From the IMG/VR virus record IMGVR_UViG_3300022555_001761: a stretch of 64,000 bases of DNA. One strand, given 5' to 3'. Shown here one piece after another: positions 17,160 to 26,539 of the stretch. The translations under genes were made by a program, and so were the position numbers. How positions within the stretch are numbered: position 1 is the first letter of the stretch; the number at the start of each line of letters is the position of its first letter. A model generated the notes under the pieces. The model saw only the letters and a list, made by a program, of their open reading frames with translations. It made no database searches and was not told the DNA's origin. This stretch comes from a virus.

Positions 17160-17881
17160 TCTACTAATTTTTTAAGAACTGAATATTCATTTTTTTTCTT
17201 ATCAAGCATTTCAATCATTAACTGTAGATGATCATTATTTTTAGTACTGAACAAATGCCTATTGTTTTCTGTATGTTCTATAAATTTCCAAGCATCTTCT
17301 ATTAAATCATTTCTAAATTTTGAAAATTGCTCAACTTTATGTTTTGGTATATAAACATCTTTTGAAGATAGAAATCTAAGTCTATCAGGAAGAAAACCAT
17401 CTCTCCCACCATGATCACAAATAACTCTCATAATTTCTAGAACATCTGCATCTTGTACAATTTGTTTATTTATACTCCAATCACCATGTTTTTCAATAAA
17501 TCTGGAAACATGATATGAATATTCTTCATTTAATCCATTAGATCCCAAATAACTATAACACAAATCTGCGCTATCACTTTCCCAAAGATCAATACCATTT
17601 CCTTGTCTGCCAGAATCGTGAAATGCAATTGCGTGTCTTATTCCGTTAAAATCAACATCTAATCCAAGATCATTGTAGAACCTTGCCATAAGTTCTGAAA
17701 ACAACACAGCTCTTGTAATATGTCTTCTACCGTGAATACCATAAGGGTCGAATGTAGCTTCGTGATTCTGGTAATGTGGTAATATATGTATTTCTAAATC
17801 TTTTGTAAAATTATTCCAACCTTCAATATTTCTAATCATTCTTTTTATTATTTTTATCTTCTGCTCTATATTTTTCTGCAA
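17156..17881 (-). CDS. HD-domain phosphohydrolase-like protein
   Basis: HITRAV...IAFHDSGR H...HD metal-binding motif. Confidence 0.5.
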   Translation of the reverse strand: MQKNIEQKIKIIKRMIRNIEGWNNFTKDLEIHILPHYQNHEATFDPYGIHGRRHITRAVLFSELMARFYNDLGLDVDFNGIRHAIAFHDSGRQGNGIDLWESDSADLCYSYLGSNGLNEEYSYHVSRFIEKHGDWSINKQIVQDADVLEIMRVICDHGGRDGFLPDRLRFLSSKDVYIPKHKVEQFSKFRNDLIEDAWKFIEHTENNRHLFSTKNNDHLQLMIEMLDKKKNEYSVLKKLVE

Positions 17882-18215
17882 GAAGTTCTATGAAAATTTT
17901 TCTTTCTCTTAATTCTTCTGGAGTTAATGTGCATAATTCCTTATTAATGAATTCTTTAACCTTATTAATATTTTCTTCATTCCAAATAGTACCAGGTAAA
18001 TATTCAGCATTATCAATATACCAAGCGCCAAATTTATCTCTCCAAAGTGTATCAGACATACCACATTCATAAGCTTCATGCTTTAATTCTGATGGTAATT
18101 GCTTAAATATTTCTTTAAGTTCTTTTTTTGAACAATTTAGTTTTGTAGTATCCCAAGTTATATCGAGTATGCAATCGTGCATATGATCCCAATCATTCTT
18201 TGTAAATTTTTTCAA
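17832..18215 (-). CDS. hypothetical protein
   Basis: track ORF 127 aa. Confidence 0.4.
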   Translation of the reverse strand: MKKFTKNDWDHMHDCILDITWDTTKLNCSKKELKEIFKQLPSELKHEAYECGMSDTLWRDKFGAWYIDNAEYLPGTIWNEENINKVKEFINKELCTLTPEELRERKIFIELLAEKYRAEDKNNKKND

Positions 18216-18499
18216 TTTTCTTCTTTTTGTTTATAAACTATATATCTTTCTTCTATTGGAATGTTTTTATCAGTTATAAAATATATCCATTCTTCTTTAA
18301 CAATAGACCAATAAGGATCGTACTGAATTTCACCCATCCATAAATATTTATCATGAATGCATACTATATCTCCTTGATCATATTTTGGCTGTTTCGATAA
18401 AAATTCTTCAAATAATAATTTATAGTATCTGCTATCACCATTTTTTAAATGATTATTATTTATTAACCATCTACCAAATCTTATTGAGGCATTTTCCAT
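18212..18499 (-). CDS. hypothetical protein
   Basis: track ORF 95 aa. Confidence 0.4.
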   Translation of the reverse strand: MENASIRFGRWLINNNHLKNGDSRYYKLLFEEFLSKQPKYDQGDIVCIHDKYLWMGEIQYDPYWSIVKEEWIYFITDKNIPIEERYIVYKQKEEN

Positions 18500-18500
18500 T

Positions 18501-18707
18501 TTATATACAGTTATTCATTATTTCAATAATTTTATCTTTATCTATTATTGTACATTTTTCAATTTGTTTATAAATTCTAGATGAGAATTTATCAGTTAAA
18601 ATAACAGCATCTGGTGATTTGAAATATCTATAAAAATTTTCAAAATCACCAGATGTTGCTATTAATCTAATTGAATCTTCAGATATGTATCTTTTATTGA
18701 ATCCCAT
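18501..18707 (-). CDS. hypothetical protein
   Basis: track ORF 68 aa. Confidence 0.35.
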   Translation of the reverse strand: MGFNKRYISEDSIRLIATSGDFENFYRYFKSPDAVILTDKFSSRIYKQIEKCTIIDKDKIIEIMNNCI

Positions 18708-18921
18708 TTATTCTATCTTGTATTTGTTCTAAAACATGCTCAGACGCTTCACCATAATCATATGGTTCTTTATTCATATGATCAATATCATATGAGATAC
18801 CTTTGATACATTTTTTTAATGTATTCAATTCAGTTCTTAATTCCTGTATTTCTCTTTTGTATTCTAATTCTTTTTCTTTATTCATTTCCATTTGTTTGAC
18901 CCAATCTATTTTTAAGTTCAA
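18694..18921 (-). CDS. coiled-coil small protein
   Basis: track ORF 75 aa. Confidence 0.4.
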   Translation of the reverse strand: MNLKIDWVKQMEMNKEKELEYKREIQELRTELNTLKKCIKGISYDIDHMNKEPYDYGEASEHVLEQIQDRINGIQ

Positions 18922-19363
18922 TGAGCTGATTTTTTATACTATCAATACTCATTGAATTAATATTTTCAATCATATAATCAATATCTTCACATGCTATTCT
19001 TTTTAGTTTAGCTTTCCTTTCAAGTTTCAACTTTCTAGCACTATTTAGAACAATTGGTGCTGAATTTCCACTTACACTTGCATATGGCTTAATATAACCT
19101 CCACCACCCCAAGTATAAAATCCACTCATTTCATTTGCAGCATATTCAAGAACATCTTTAAATGTACCTTCAACATTACCTAAAAATGGATTAGAGTGAG
19201 ATCCACCCATATCACAATTATGGTCTTCTCCATAAACAGAATAAACAGTATAGCCAGCATCAACAGATGAATAGGCACTATACCTTAGATCATCAAATTT
19301 CTTTTTAGTTTTCATTTCTTTCAATATATGGTTTAACAATATTCCAAGCAAGAATCCAACCAC
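18878..19363 (-). CDS. hypothetical protein
   Basis: track ORF 161 aa. Confidence 0.4.
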   Translation of the reverse strand: MVGFLLGILLNHILKEMKTKKKFDDLRYSAYSSVDAGYTVYSVYGEDHNCDMGGSHSNPFLGNVEGTFKDVLEYAANEMSGFYTWGGGGYIKPYASVSGNSAPIVLNSARKLKLERKAKLKRIACEDIDYMIENINSMSIDSIKNQLIELKNRLGQTNGNE

Positions 19364-19478
19364 CTATAACGCATAACATCATTGATAATGTACCATTAGC
19401 TAAAACACCAAAAATTAATATTTATTTTTTTATGTTAATATTTTTTAATACTTTTGATTAAAATATTATATAAGTAAT

Positions 19479-19662
19479 ATGGCAACAAAATTTTATGGTG
19501 ATTTGTGGGAAATAGAAGATAGTGGCGTTTGATAAGACTAAGGCATTGGATTTAAATAATGGAATAACATTATGTGAAAAGTGTCACAAATTATTTCATA
19601 AAAATTATGGTAAAAAAGAAAATAATATAGAACAATTAAATGAATTTTTAAATGAAAAATAA
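19479..19662 (+). pseudogene. HNH endonuclease remnant (C-terminal HNH half only, frame-broken)
   Basis: short ORF MATKFYGDLWEIEDSGV then, in another frame, FDKTKALDLNNGITLCEKCHKLFHKNYG (the N..LC..CH...H part of the HNH motif) with no DH catalytic half. Confidence 0.45.
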
Positions 19663-20665
19663 ATTAGAAGAAATAGGTTTTTATACATTAAGTGACAAAA
19701 GAGCAGAAAATGTTTCTATGGAATCACAAATGAAAAGATGTGAAATGATCATAACAGAGTACTGCAATTTTTCTTGCGGTTATTGTAGAGGGTTAAAACC
19801 TGAAATATACGGCAATAGAAAGATAAAAGAATTATCTTTTGATGAAGTATGTAGGAATATTGATCTTTGGTGTGAAAACCAGCCATTAGAAAATATTAGG
19901 TTTTCTGGTGGTGAGCCAACATTACATAAAAATATTGTTGAGATAATATCTTATGCTAAAAGTAAAGGTATTAAAAGAATTGCAATTTCAACAAATGGTA
20001 GCAATAAAATGGAGTTATATACAGCATTAATTAACGCTGGATGTAATGACTTTTCTATATCATTAGATGCTTGTTGTTCTGATGATGGTGATAAAATGGC
20101 AGGTAATATTAATGGTTCTTGGAATGTTGTTGTAAAAAATATAGAAGAAATATCAAAATTAACTTACGTTACTGTTGGTGTTGTTTTAACACCAGATAAT
20201 ATTGATAAAACTATTGATACTATTAGATTTGCGCATAAGTTAGGTGTTGCAGATATTAGAATTATCAGCGCAGCACAATGGAACCAGCCAATACCAAGAT
20301 TAAATGAGGTTGAAGATTATATTAAAGATTCTCATCCAATCTTAAAATATAGAATTAACCACTTCTCAGAAGGAATTAATGTGAGAGGTCTTGTTGATAG
20401 CGACAGTAAAAAGTGCGCTATTGTGTTGGATGATAGCATAATAGGAGGAGAATATTTCTTTCCTTGCGTAATTTACATGAGAGAACAAGGTGAATCTATC
20501 GGAAAAGTTGGTCCAAATATGAGAAAAGAAAGATTTGAATGGTTTAAAACTCATAACACTCACACAGATGATATTTGCAAAAATAATTGTCTTGATGTTT
20601 GTCGGGATATAAATAATAAGATAAGAGATACAAATAAAAAATTAGCAGAATTTTACAATGATTAG
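19652..20665 (+). CDS. radical SAM enzyme (MoaA/viperin-like core; family unresolved)
   Basis: CNFSCGYCRG CxxxCxxC cluster, IRFSGGEPTL and AISTNGS motifs; extra Cys-rich C-terminal region; the true start may be an internal Met (MESQMKRCEM). Confidence 0.7.
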   Translation: MKNKLEEIGFYTLSDKRAENVSMESQMKRCEMIITEYCNFSCGYCRGLKPEIYGNRKIKELSFDEVCRNIDLWCENQPLENIRFSGGEPTLHKNIVEIISYAKSKGIKRIAISTNGSNKMELYTALINAGCNDFSISLDACCSDDGDKMAGNINGSWNVVVKNIEEISKLTYVTVGVVLTPDNIDKTIDTIRFAHKLGVADIRIISAAQWNQPIPRLNEVEDYIKDSHPILKYRINHFSEGINVRGLVDSDSKKCAIVLDDSIIGGEYFFPCVIYMREQGESIGKVGPNMRKERFEWFKTHNTHTDDICKNNCLDVCRDINNKIRDTNKKLAEFYND

Positions 20666-20933
20666 AAGAATACCAGCAGTCCAATTTACTTATGATCTAT
20701 GGAGAGCAGGTTCACTCAATGAATTAGGAATAAGGCATAGAGAATGGGCAATAACTGAAAGAAGTAGATTCATAAGGAAAATGGCTATTGGTTTTACTGA
20801 AGGTGAAAAACTACTGCTTAGAAGAAAAGAAAATCATATTGCAGTAATGTTTTATGATACAAATTTGAAACACTTTTGGACACACTTAACACTTAGAGAA
20901 TTTTACATATGTTTTCCAGAGTTACAAAAATAA
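20658..20933 (+). CDS. hypothetical protein
   Basis: track ORF 91 aa, overlaps its neighbours. Confidence 0.4.
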   Translation: MIRRIPAVQFTYDLWRAGSLNELGIRHREWAITERSRFIRKMAIGFTEGEKLLLRRKENHIAVMFYDTNLKHFWTHLTLREFYICFPELQK

Positions 20934-21334
20934 TAAGAGAATTTAAGGAATGGAAGTATCTTGCTTATCACGACTCATTAACTGGGTTATTAAACAGGAA
21001 CTGGCTTAATGCTTATAAAATGAGCATTAAGAATCCTTACGTTTATTTTATTGATATAAATAACTTGACTAAAATTAACAAAATGGGTCATACTGTTGGT
21101 GATATGCACATTATAAATGTTGTTAAGCACATTCCACAAGTTGATGGAGACTATTTAGTTCGTTATGCTGGAGATGAATTTATTTTATTCTCTAATTCTG
21201 AAAATTTAATTAGTACCAACAAATTATATTCTGTTGGTATGTCAATAAATATAGGTGATTTATCAAACTCTATTATGGAAGCTGACATTAAAATGATAGA
21301 ATCTAAAAAAAGATTTAAGAATGAGAACATTTAA
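20909..21334 (+). CDS. compact GGDEF-domain protein with degenerate AGDEF motif
   Basis: YHDSLTGLLNRNWL ... FIDINNLTKINKMGHTVGDMHI ... RYAGDEFILF. Confidence 0.65.
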   Translation: MFSRVTKIIREFKEWKYLAYHDSLTGLLNRNWLNAYKMSIKNPYVYFIDINNLTKINKMGHTVGDMHIINVVKHIPQVDGDYLVRYAGDEFILFSNSENLISTNKLYSVGMSINIGDLSNSIMEADIKMIESKKRFKNENI

Positions 21335-21566
21335 AGAAGGTGACAAATTGCTATGTTGTAAAAAATTTGATCATTTAAAAATTGGAAAATATTATGAAAT
21401 TATTTTATGCGGTTCATACCGACCATCTAATTGTTTTAATATAAGCGGATTTTGGTTTTCATTAAATAAAACATCATCAGTATACCCATATGTTTATGAA
21501 TATTTCTTTACTGAAAAAGAAGAAAGAAAATTAAAATTACAAATACTTAAATTAAAATCTATATGA
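21321..21566 (+). CDS. family-B small protein (tail EERKLKLQILKLKSI)
   Basis: track ORF 81 aa. Confidence 0.45.
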   Translation: MRTFKEGDKLLCCKKFDHLKIGKYYEIILCGSYRPSNCFNISGFWFSLNKTSSVYPYVYEYFFTEKEERKLKLQILKLKSI

Positions 21567-21853
21567 AAAATAAATGGCTCTGGTCAATGGTCATAGTAAA
21601 TATGTCAATTGTTATAGGTAGTGTTATACTAAATATTTTCACTAAAAATTATGTTGCTCTAACAGCTTGGGTCAACACTGGATTGTGGATATTTATTACA
21701 TTTATGACTCAAAAAAAAATGTACAAACAACAGGAAGAAATAGGTGATATGTGGACTGAAAATATTGAGTTTATTTTAGGTAGATTTAAAATCGATGAAA
21801 TTCAAAAATGGTTACGTAAAAAGAAATTAGAAAATTTAAAAAACAAAGAATAA
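21563..21853 (+). CDS. family-B small membrane protein (tail WLRKKKLENLKNKE)
   Basis: track ORF 96 aa; 2 TM; the tail matches 3725..3997 at peptide level. Confidence 0.55.
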   Translation: MKNKWLWSMVIVNMSIVIGSVILNIFTKNYVALTAWVNTGLWIFITFMTQKKMYKQQEEIGDMWTENIEFILGRFKIDEIQKWLRKKKLENLKNKE

Positions 21854-21856
21854 AAA

Positions 21857-22330
21857 ATGAAGGTACTACTTATTGACATGGATGGTGTTGTAGTTGATTT
21901 ACAACAAAATATAACTGATTGGTTTGAAAAACATCCACATTTACATTCTAAATATGAACATTGTCCAGATCATATACCTGGAATATTTAGAAATCCTAAA
22001 CCTTATCCTGGAGCAATAGAAGCAATTAATAAGCTCTATGAATCAGGCAAATATGATATGTATATTGCAACTGCCGCACCTTGGGGTAATCCTGATGCAG
22101 CAACAGATAAAAGATATTGGATAGAAACTTACTTTGAAAATATGTTTCACAAAAGATTAATTCTTACACATAGAAAAGATATGTTAAAAGGAGACATATT
22201 AATTGATGATAGAGAAAAGAATGGAGCTGCTGAATTTGAAGGTGAACTAATAAGGTTTGGTTATAATCATATGACAGATAGTATGAATGAATATGAAGAT
22301 TGGAATGCAGTATTAGAACATTTATTATGA
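21857..22330 (+). CDS. HAD-family 5'(3')-deoxyribonucleotidase
   Basis: VLLIDMDGVVVDL DxDGV motif; deoxyribonucleotidase-like length and layout. Confidence 0.7.
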   Translation: MKVLLIDMDGVVVDLQQNITDWFEKHPHLHSKYEHCPDHIPGIFRNPKPYPGAIEAINKLYESGKYDMYIATAAPWGNPDAATDKRYWIETYFENMFHKRLILTHRKDMLKGDILIDDREKNGAAEFEGELIRFGYNHMTDSMNEYEDWNAVLEHLL

Positions 22331-22488
22331 TAGAAGAGAAAGATATAACAGAAAAACTTAGAGAAAGTATAGTTCTGTCACTAGATTTTGTGTGGGACTA
22401 TAAAATAGATCCATCACTTATTAAAATCGAAAGAACTAAAGGTATTGGGATATTGCAGTTATATTATATCCTCTTGCCAAATTATTAA
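22327..22488 (+). CDS. hypothetical small protein
   Basis: internal ATG of track ORF 22300, ATGA overlap with the upstream stop. Confidence 0.3.
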   Translation: MIEEKDITEKLRESIVLSLDFVWDYKIDPSLIKIERTKGIGILQLYYILLPNY

Positions 22489-22490
22489 AA

Positions 22491-22706
22491 ATGCCTTTAG
22501 ATGATTTTAGTTATATTTTAGGTGATTGTATTCTTTTTTATATGCCAGAAATATCTAAATATGAAATTATTAAAGGCTTCTTAAATTTAAAAATAAGTGA
22601 TGCTTATTTAATTTCAAGATTATTTTATGTTCAAAAATATTGTGAAGAATTAGAAAGAAGGTCGAAAGAAAATATATATACTCCAAAAAAAGAAGATGAA
22701 GCATAG
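22491..22706 (+). CDS. hypothetical protein
   Basis: track ORF 71 aa. Confidence 0.4.
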   Translation: MPLDDFSYILGDCILFYMPEISKYEIIKGFLNLKISDAYLISRLFYVQKYCEELERRSKENIYTPKKEDEA

Positions 22707-22863
22707 AAATATAAATTCAGAACTTGAGGAATTAAAAGATCAAATAAAATTATTAGAAGAAGAAAACGAAAAATTAAAAAACGAAATAAGAGGTTATTTA
22801 ATAAGTGAAAATGAATTGAAAGCTCAAATAACCACAGAAAGATGTATGAAAAGGAATTATTAA
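22696..22863 (+). CDS. small coiled-coil protein (55 aa)
   Basis: MKHRNINSELEELKDQIKLLEEENEKLKNEIRGYLISENELKAQITTERCMKRNY; stop immediately precedes ATG 22864. Confidence 0.35.
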   Translation: MKHRNINSELEELKDQIKLLEEENEKLKNEIRGYLISENELKAQITTERCMKRNY

Positions 22864-23421
22864 ATGAAGATATATACAAAAACTGGTGATAAAGGCACAA
22901 CATCTTTAATAGGAGGAACTAGAGTATCTAAATATGATGAAAGAGTTGAAGCATATGGAACTTTAGATGAATTGAATTCTTTTTTAGGTTTAATAAGAGA
23001 TTATGATATTGATCAAAAAACTAAAAATCTAATTATTGAAATTCAAGATAGAATATTTACAGCAGAATCTTTGCTTGCGGTAGATCCAGAAAAAATAGTA
23101 AGAAATCTACCAGTGTTATTAGAATATGATATTGAGCTTTTAGAAATTGAAATTGATAAGATGAATGTTGAATTGCCAGAAATATCAAATTTCATCCTAC
23201 CTGGAGGACATAAGGTCGTATCAATTTGTCACATAGCAAGAACTATATGTAGAAGGGGTGAGAGATGTGTCATAAAACTAGTAGAGCATCAACCAAAAAC
23301 AATACAGTCAGAAATGATACTTAAATACTTAAATAGACTATCTGACTTTTTATTTGTGTTATCAAGAAAACTTTCAAAGGATTTTAATGCTACTGAGACT
23401 CCTTGGTCTCCGAAGTATTAA
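22864..23421 (+). CDS. PduO-type ATP:cob(I)alamin adenosyltransferase
   Basis: MKIYTKTGDKGTTSLIGGTRVSKYDERVEAYGTLDELNSFLGL matches the Cob_adeno_trans N-terminal consensus. Confidence 0.8.
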   Translation: MKIYTKTGDKGTTSLIGGTRVSKYDERVEAYGTLDELNSFLGLIRDYDIDQKTKNLIIEIQDRIFTAESLLAVDPEKIVRNLPVLLEYDIELLEIEIDKMNVELPEISNFILPGGHKVVSICHIARTICRRGERCVIKLVEHQPKTIQSEMILKYLNRLSDFLFVLSRKLSKDFNATETPWSPKY

Positions 23422-23554
23422 TTTCTTTTTCCTCTTTTTCTTCCTCTTTCGTTATTTTAATTCCTTTACCACCACAATCATTACATCTAGCTTTAGTTTC
23501 ACGAATATAACCACTGGCATCACACGTGAGACAAATTTTATAGGTATATCCCAT
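23390..23554 (-). CDS. zinc-ribbon small protein (54 aa)
   Basis: minus ORF MGYTYKICLTCDASGYIRETKARCNDCGGKG...; CxxC...CxxC; TAATG junction with the upstream minus gene. Confidence 0.35.
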   Translation of the reverse strand: MGYTYKICLTCDASGYIRETKARCNDCGGKGIKITKEEEKEEKEINTSETKESQ

Positions 23555-24021
23555 TAGATATTATATTTTTCTCTATTTTTTATCACTTCTAACTTTTGAG
23601 CTAATAAACCTTCAACATAATTATATACTCTAACTTTAAATTTAGGTGAAGCATTCTCATTTTTATATTCAATAAACAATGAGTGCCATTTATCATCAGC
23701 ATCTATTTTTACTAAAATGTCAGAATCATGATATTTAGGATTTTCAAATGTAATATCTTTACACACTCCTATAATATTATGTTTTTTGTTTTTCTCATTA
23801 GAAAAATCAGACAAATAACACCAATAGCATTGAAATGCTATTTTTTTATCTAATACAATTTCTTTAACCAAATCATAAAAGCTAATATCATATTTTCTAC
23901 AATCTGACTTTAAATCCTTCAAAATAAATGATTTATAATTTACATCCTTCATTTTTGAAAATTCATCTCTAACTGGTTGATCTCTATGAACAAATATTTC
24001 ATATAATTGTAGATGTATCAT
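23554..24021 (-). CDS. family-A protein (divergent N-terminus; C-terminal KYNI)
   Basis: track ORF 155 aa ending REKYNI. Confidence 0.5.
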   Translation of the reverse strand: MIHLQLYEIFVHRDQPVRDEFSKMKDVNYKSFILKDLKSDCRKYDISFYDLVKEIVLDKKIAFQCYWCYLSDFSNEKNKKHNIIGVCKDITFENPKYHDSDILVKIDADDKWHSLFIEYKNENASPKFKVRVYNYVEGLLAQKLEVIKNREKYNI

Positions 24022-24497
24022 ATATTATATTTTTCTGTTTCTTTCTTTAATTTTACCATTTTATGTAATGGTTTAGTATCAGCATCATAACCATCAATTA
24101 ATATTGCTGTGTTATTTTTAATTAAAAACCATTCGTCATTTGTATTATCATAATCAATAAATTCTTTATTTTTTTGAATTTTTGGATTTTCTAATTTTAC
24201 TTTAACAAAAAATTCATCTTTATATGAAAAATAGTCAACTTCTGTAATTTTACCTTTAACTGTTGGGTGTTTAAAAATCTTATTTTCACTCTGAAATATA
24301 ATACTTTTATTCATAAGTACTTCATCAAAAAATTCCATAATATTATCAATATACGGACTTTCTGGTATAGATTGATCCATAATATCAGAATCTGCTTTCA
24401 GATATTTCATAATATCGTTTATAAAGAACATATTATTTCCAGGAAACATATACCAGTTATTCGTATATTTTTCGAATATTTTAAAATTTGTTATCAT
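24018..24497 (-). CDS. family-A protein (MITNFKIFEKY...TEKYNI)
   Basis: track ORF 159 aa. Confidence 0.5.
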   Translation of the reverse strand: MITNFKIFEKYTNNWYMFPGNNMFFINDIMKYLKADSDIMDQSIPESPYIDNIMEFFDEVLMNKSIIFQSENKIFKHPTVKGKITEVDYFSYKDEFFVKVKLENPKIQKNKEFIDYDNTNDEWFLIKNNTAILIDGYDADTKPLHKMVKLKKETEKYNI

Positions 24498-24865
24498 TTA
24501 TTTCTCTTTTTTGTATCTTTAACAGCATCTCTTTTAACATACAATAGATACTCACCTTTAGTCGTTGTTAGATTATAAACAAACTGACCCTCATTAATAG
24601 CACTTATTATTTCAAGATACTCATCAATTTCATCTTTAGATAATTGACTACACTTTGATAGTTCTTGTAATGCCATTTCTTTGGTAATTTCTTCAGATTT
24701 TATTATCTCTGTCTTTTTCATAGTTGGTAAACTTATATTTTGTATAATAAACCTTATTAGTTTATTATCATAAATTGTATTTATCATTCTCTTTTTTAAG
24801 ATTATATCTCTCAAATTGTTTAGGATATTTTTCTTGTAACTCTTTAACTTTATCTTCGTCTCCAT
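24494..24865 (-). CDS. hypothetical protein (start uncertain)
   Basis: track ORF overlaps about 100 nt with 24768..25499; an internal Met is possible. Confidence 0.3.
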   Translation of the reverse strand: METKIKLKSYKKNILNNLRDIILKKRMINTIYDNKLIRFIIQNISLPTMKKTEIIKSEEITKEMALQELSKCSQLSKDEIDEYLEIISAINEGQFVYNLTTTKGEYLLYVKRDAVKDTKKRNK

Positions 24866-25499
24866 TATTTATCAAATAATCTATGAAATCATCCCCATTT
24901 TCATCTTTAAAATTCCAATCTGCTCCCAACTCTATTAATTTATCTACAACACTATAATAATTATAAACTTTATATCTAATATGTGTAGCAAACATTAAAG
25001 CTGTTCTTTTAGTATAGGATTGCGCATCTAAATCCGCACCATATTTTAATAATAATTCAATGACTTTAGTTACTTTTGATGGTGTAAATTTCAAATTAGT
25101 AATGGCATTCATTATTGGAGTTTTATTTACACCATTTCTTACATTTGGATCTGCGCCTTGATTCAATAAGTCTTCTATCTTATCCAAATTTAAATTTCTT
25201 ATAGCTCCAAATAATTCTTTACTATTAACTGTATTTGACTCAGATATGTTATTTTTTTTTATAAAATTCTTATGAACTAAATATTTCAAATAATTATACA
25301 TCTCTTTAGAATTTGTTAAATCTACACCATAGTTATTAAATAAATAATGATTTATAAATTCTAAAACATGATCCTCAGTCACTGATTCATGTAAATCTTT
25401 AATATTTTTAATGGATTTTTTATATAGCGCGGGAAATAAACTTGTTATAAGTTTAAGATTAACGTTAATTCCCTCATATACTTTAAATTTAGTTATCAT
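24768..25499 (-). CDS. ankyrin-repeat protein with family-A termini (MITKFKVYEG...NDKYNL)
   Basis: LLKYGADLDAQSYTKRTALMFATH and LIELGADWNFKDENGDD ankyrin repeats. Confidence 0.75.
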   Translation of the reverse strand: MITKFKVYEGINVNLKLITSLFPALYKKSIKNIKDLHESVTEDHVLEFINHYLFNNYGVDLTNSKEMYNYLKYLVHKNFIKKNNISESNTVNSKELFGAIRNLNLDKIEDLLNQGADPNVRNGVNKTPIMNAITNLKFTPSKVTKVIELLLKYGADLDAQSYTKRTALMFATHIRYKVYNYYSVVDKLIELGADWNFKDENGDDFIDYLINNGDEDKVKELQEKYPKQFERYNLKKENDKYNL

Positions 25500-25966
25500 T
25501 CATAAATTAAATTTAGTTCTAAGTTTATATTGTTCAGTATCTTCATCTGAATGCACTATTACTTCATCATCTATTGAAGCATCATCTTCTAAACTATCCA
25601 ATGAAATATGAATATGTTCTATATTAAAAGTATTTTCTGGTTTAGCTTCAAATCCACCATTAAAAATAACATCTTTACATATTCCAGTTAGATTTTTACC
25701 ATAATCCTCACTATCAAATGTTATAAGTTTGCCAACTAATAATTTTTTAACAAATCTAATATATTCTTCTTCTTTATCTTTTACTATGTTTTTATCATCA
25801 GGTATATAATATCCACCTCTTACAAATTTTTTAGTTTCTCTTTCATTATTAGCAGATTCTCCATTTCATTAGCAAGTTTATACAAACTAATATATAGATT
25901 CCCATCTTTTTCAACTATGCCATTCCACTTAAACCTATATTCTTCATATGTTTTTAGATATTTCAT
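25500..25966 (-). pseudogene. family-A gene disrupted by a frameshift
   Basis: minus reading MKYLKTYEEYRFKWNG...KEKLKNL stops after 49 codons; another frame continues ...HIHISLDSLEDD...EQYKLRTKFNL and ends in the family C-terminus; no track ORF. Confidence 0.5.
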
Positions 25967-26292
25967 AGATTATATTTTTTAATTCTTTCTACTTGCTTGT
26001 CAAATTCTTCTTCATTTTCAATAAGATTACCATTACCATCACATAGTTCATATTGATAATGATTAGCACCCTCACCTGATTCATTAAGCCACTCTTCTAT
26101 TCCATAAGTAATACACTCTGATCTGTTCCTTTCGGAAGATGCAGATCCTGTGTTATAATACTTATTAAAATATTCAGTATCTTCTATTTTTTTTAATGGA
26201 ACATCAAGACTACCACTGAAAGTAACTTTCAAAATTTTTTCAGTAGGATCATATTTTTTATTTAAGGATTCGTTAAATCTTTTAATTTTCAT
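25963..26292 (-). CDS. family-A protein (MKIKRFNESL...IKKYNL)
   Basis: track ORF 109 aa. Confidence 0.5.
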   Translation of the reverse strand: MKIKRFNESLNKKYDPTEKILKVTFSGSLDVPLKKIEDTEYFNKYYNTGSASSERNRSECITYGIEEWLNESGEGANHYQYELCDGNGNLIENEEEFDKQVERIKKYNL

Positions 26293-26395
26293 ATTCTATA
26301 TATTATTTTTTAAAATAAAAAAACCTCAGAGGTTTTCACTTTGAAAATGTTAAAATACGACTTATTTATATTTATATATACATATAAAACTTTGT

Positions 26396-26539
26396 ATGAA
26401 AATTCAAAAAACATTCACAATTGAAGAAGATATTTCTAAGGAATTTGATAAAATATCAAAAGAGAAATCAATTAATAAATCTTTATTTTTAGAAAATGCA
26501 ATGAAAGATTTTATTGAAAAAAATAAGAAAGAAAAATGA
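26396..26539 (+). CDS. ribbon-helix-helix small protein upstream of the GIY-YIG gene
   Basis: 47 aa MKIQKTFTIEEDISKEFDKISKEKSINKSLFLENAMKDFIEKNKKEK; ATGA overlap with 26536. Confidence 0.5.
   Translation: MKIQKTFTIEEDISKEFDKISKEKSINKSLFLENAMKDFIEKNKKEK

Noticed and set aside
24494-24865. Assigning 24494..24865 to family A
   Set aside because: It lacks both the MK[HY][IL]K.FE start and the KYN[IL] end, and overlaps the ankyrin gene by about 100 nt. It is kept only as a hypothetical ORF with an uncertain start.
26318-26340. Terminator AAACCTC-a-GAGGTTT
   Set aside because: The loop is too short for the full stem and it lies upstream of the RHH gene rather than after a gene end, so it is weak and not annotated.
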